IMG/VR virus record: IMGVR_UViG_2671180254_000003
Reading direction: 5' to 3' (one strand)
DNA length: 5,862 nt
Source of the DNA: a virus
Taxonomy: Duplodnaviria; Heunggongvirae; Uroviricota; Caudoviricetes
The notes under the pieces are model-generated. The model had not been told where the DNA came from, made no database searches, and worked only from the letters and a program-made list of their open reading frames with translations. The position numbers were made by a program, and so were the translations under genes. This document shows positions 5,790 to 5,862 of this stretch, in pieces (position 1 is the stretch's first letter; each line of letters opens with the position of its first letter).

Positions 5790-5862
5790 GGTAATGACTC
5801 CAACTTATTGATAGTGTTTTATGTTCAGATAATGCCCGATGACTTTGTCATGCAGCTCCACC
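5790..5862 (-). mobile_element. IS1 insertion sequence, terminal 73 nt including inverted repeat; element continues beyond window end
   Basis: GGTAATGACTCCAACTTATTGATAGTGTTTTATGTTCAGATAATGCCCGATGACTTTGTCATGCAGCTCCACC matches the IS1 terminus as recalled. The minus strand encodes the InsB C-terminus. Confidence 0.9.
5805..5862 (-). CDS. insB: IS1 transposase InsB, 3' end (partial, continues beyond window)
   Basis: Minus-strand translation gives ...VELHDKVIGHYLNIKHYQ followed by stop (TAA, complement of 5805-5807). Confidence 0.8.
   Translation of the reverse strand, partial: VELHDKVIGHYLNIKHYQ

Overview
This window reads as the early/accessory region of a lambdoid (Rac-like) enterobacterial prophage in a draft assembly (253-nt N gap at 3322..3574). 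All calls are from reading the sequence and recalled family motifs; no searches were run. Left to right on the + strand: a 5'-truncated YdaU-like replication initiator gene broken by two homopolymer-associated frameshifts (1..738) and carrying GTAACGC/GCGTTAC palindromes that may be the origin; an intact DnaC-like helicase loader (745..1491); a winged-helix protein, a zinc-ribbon protein and a QueH-like (DUF208) Fe-S enzyme (1506..3176); a first copy of a hok-type mRNA leader running into the gap (3211..3321); a translationally coupled operon of HNH endonuclease, a 221-aa unknown, a DUF551 protein and an unlisted 27-aa hydrophobic peptide, closed by a strong intrinsic terminator (3695..5203); a second, complete Hok/Mok type I toxin locus with tac-fbi long-range complementarity (5355..5789); and the terminal 73 nt of an IS1 element at the window end (5790..5862). 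The most interesting items are the prophage-borne QueH-like enzyme (E. coli itself uses QueG), the duplicated hok leader with a compensatory base-pair change flanking the HNH/DUF551 operon, and the small peptide gene. No tRNA, rRNA or CRISPR array was seen.
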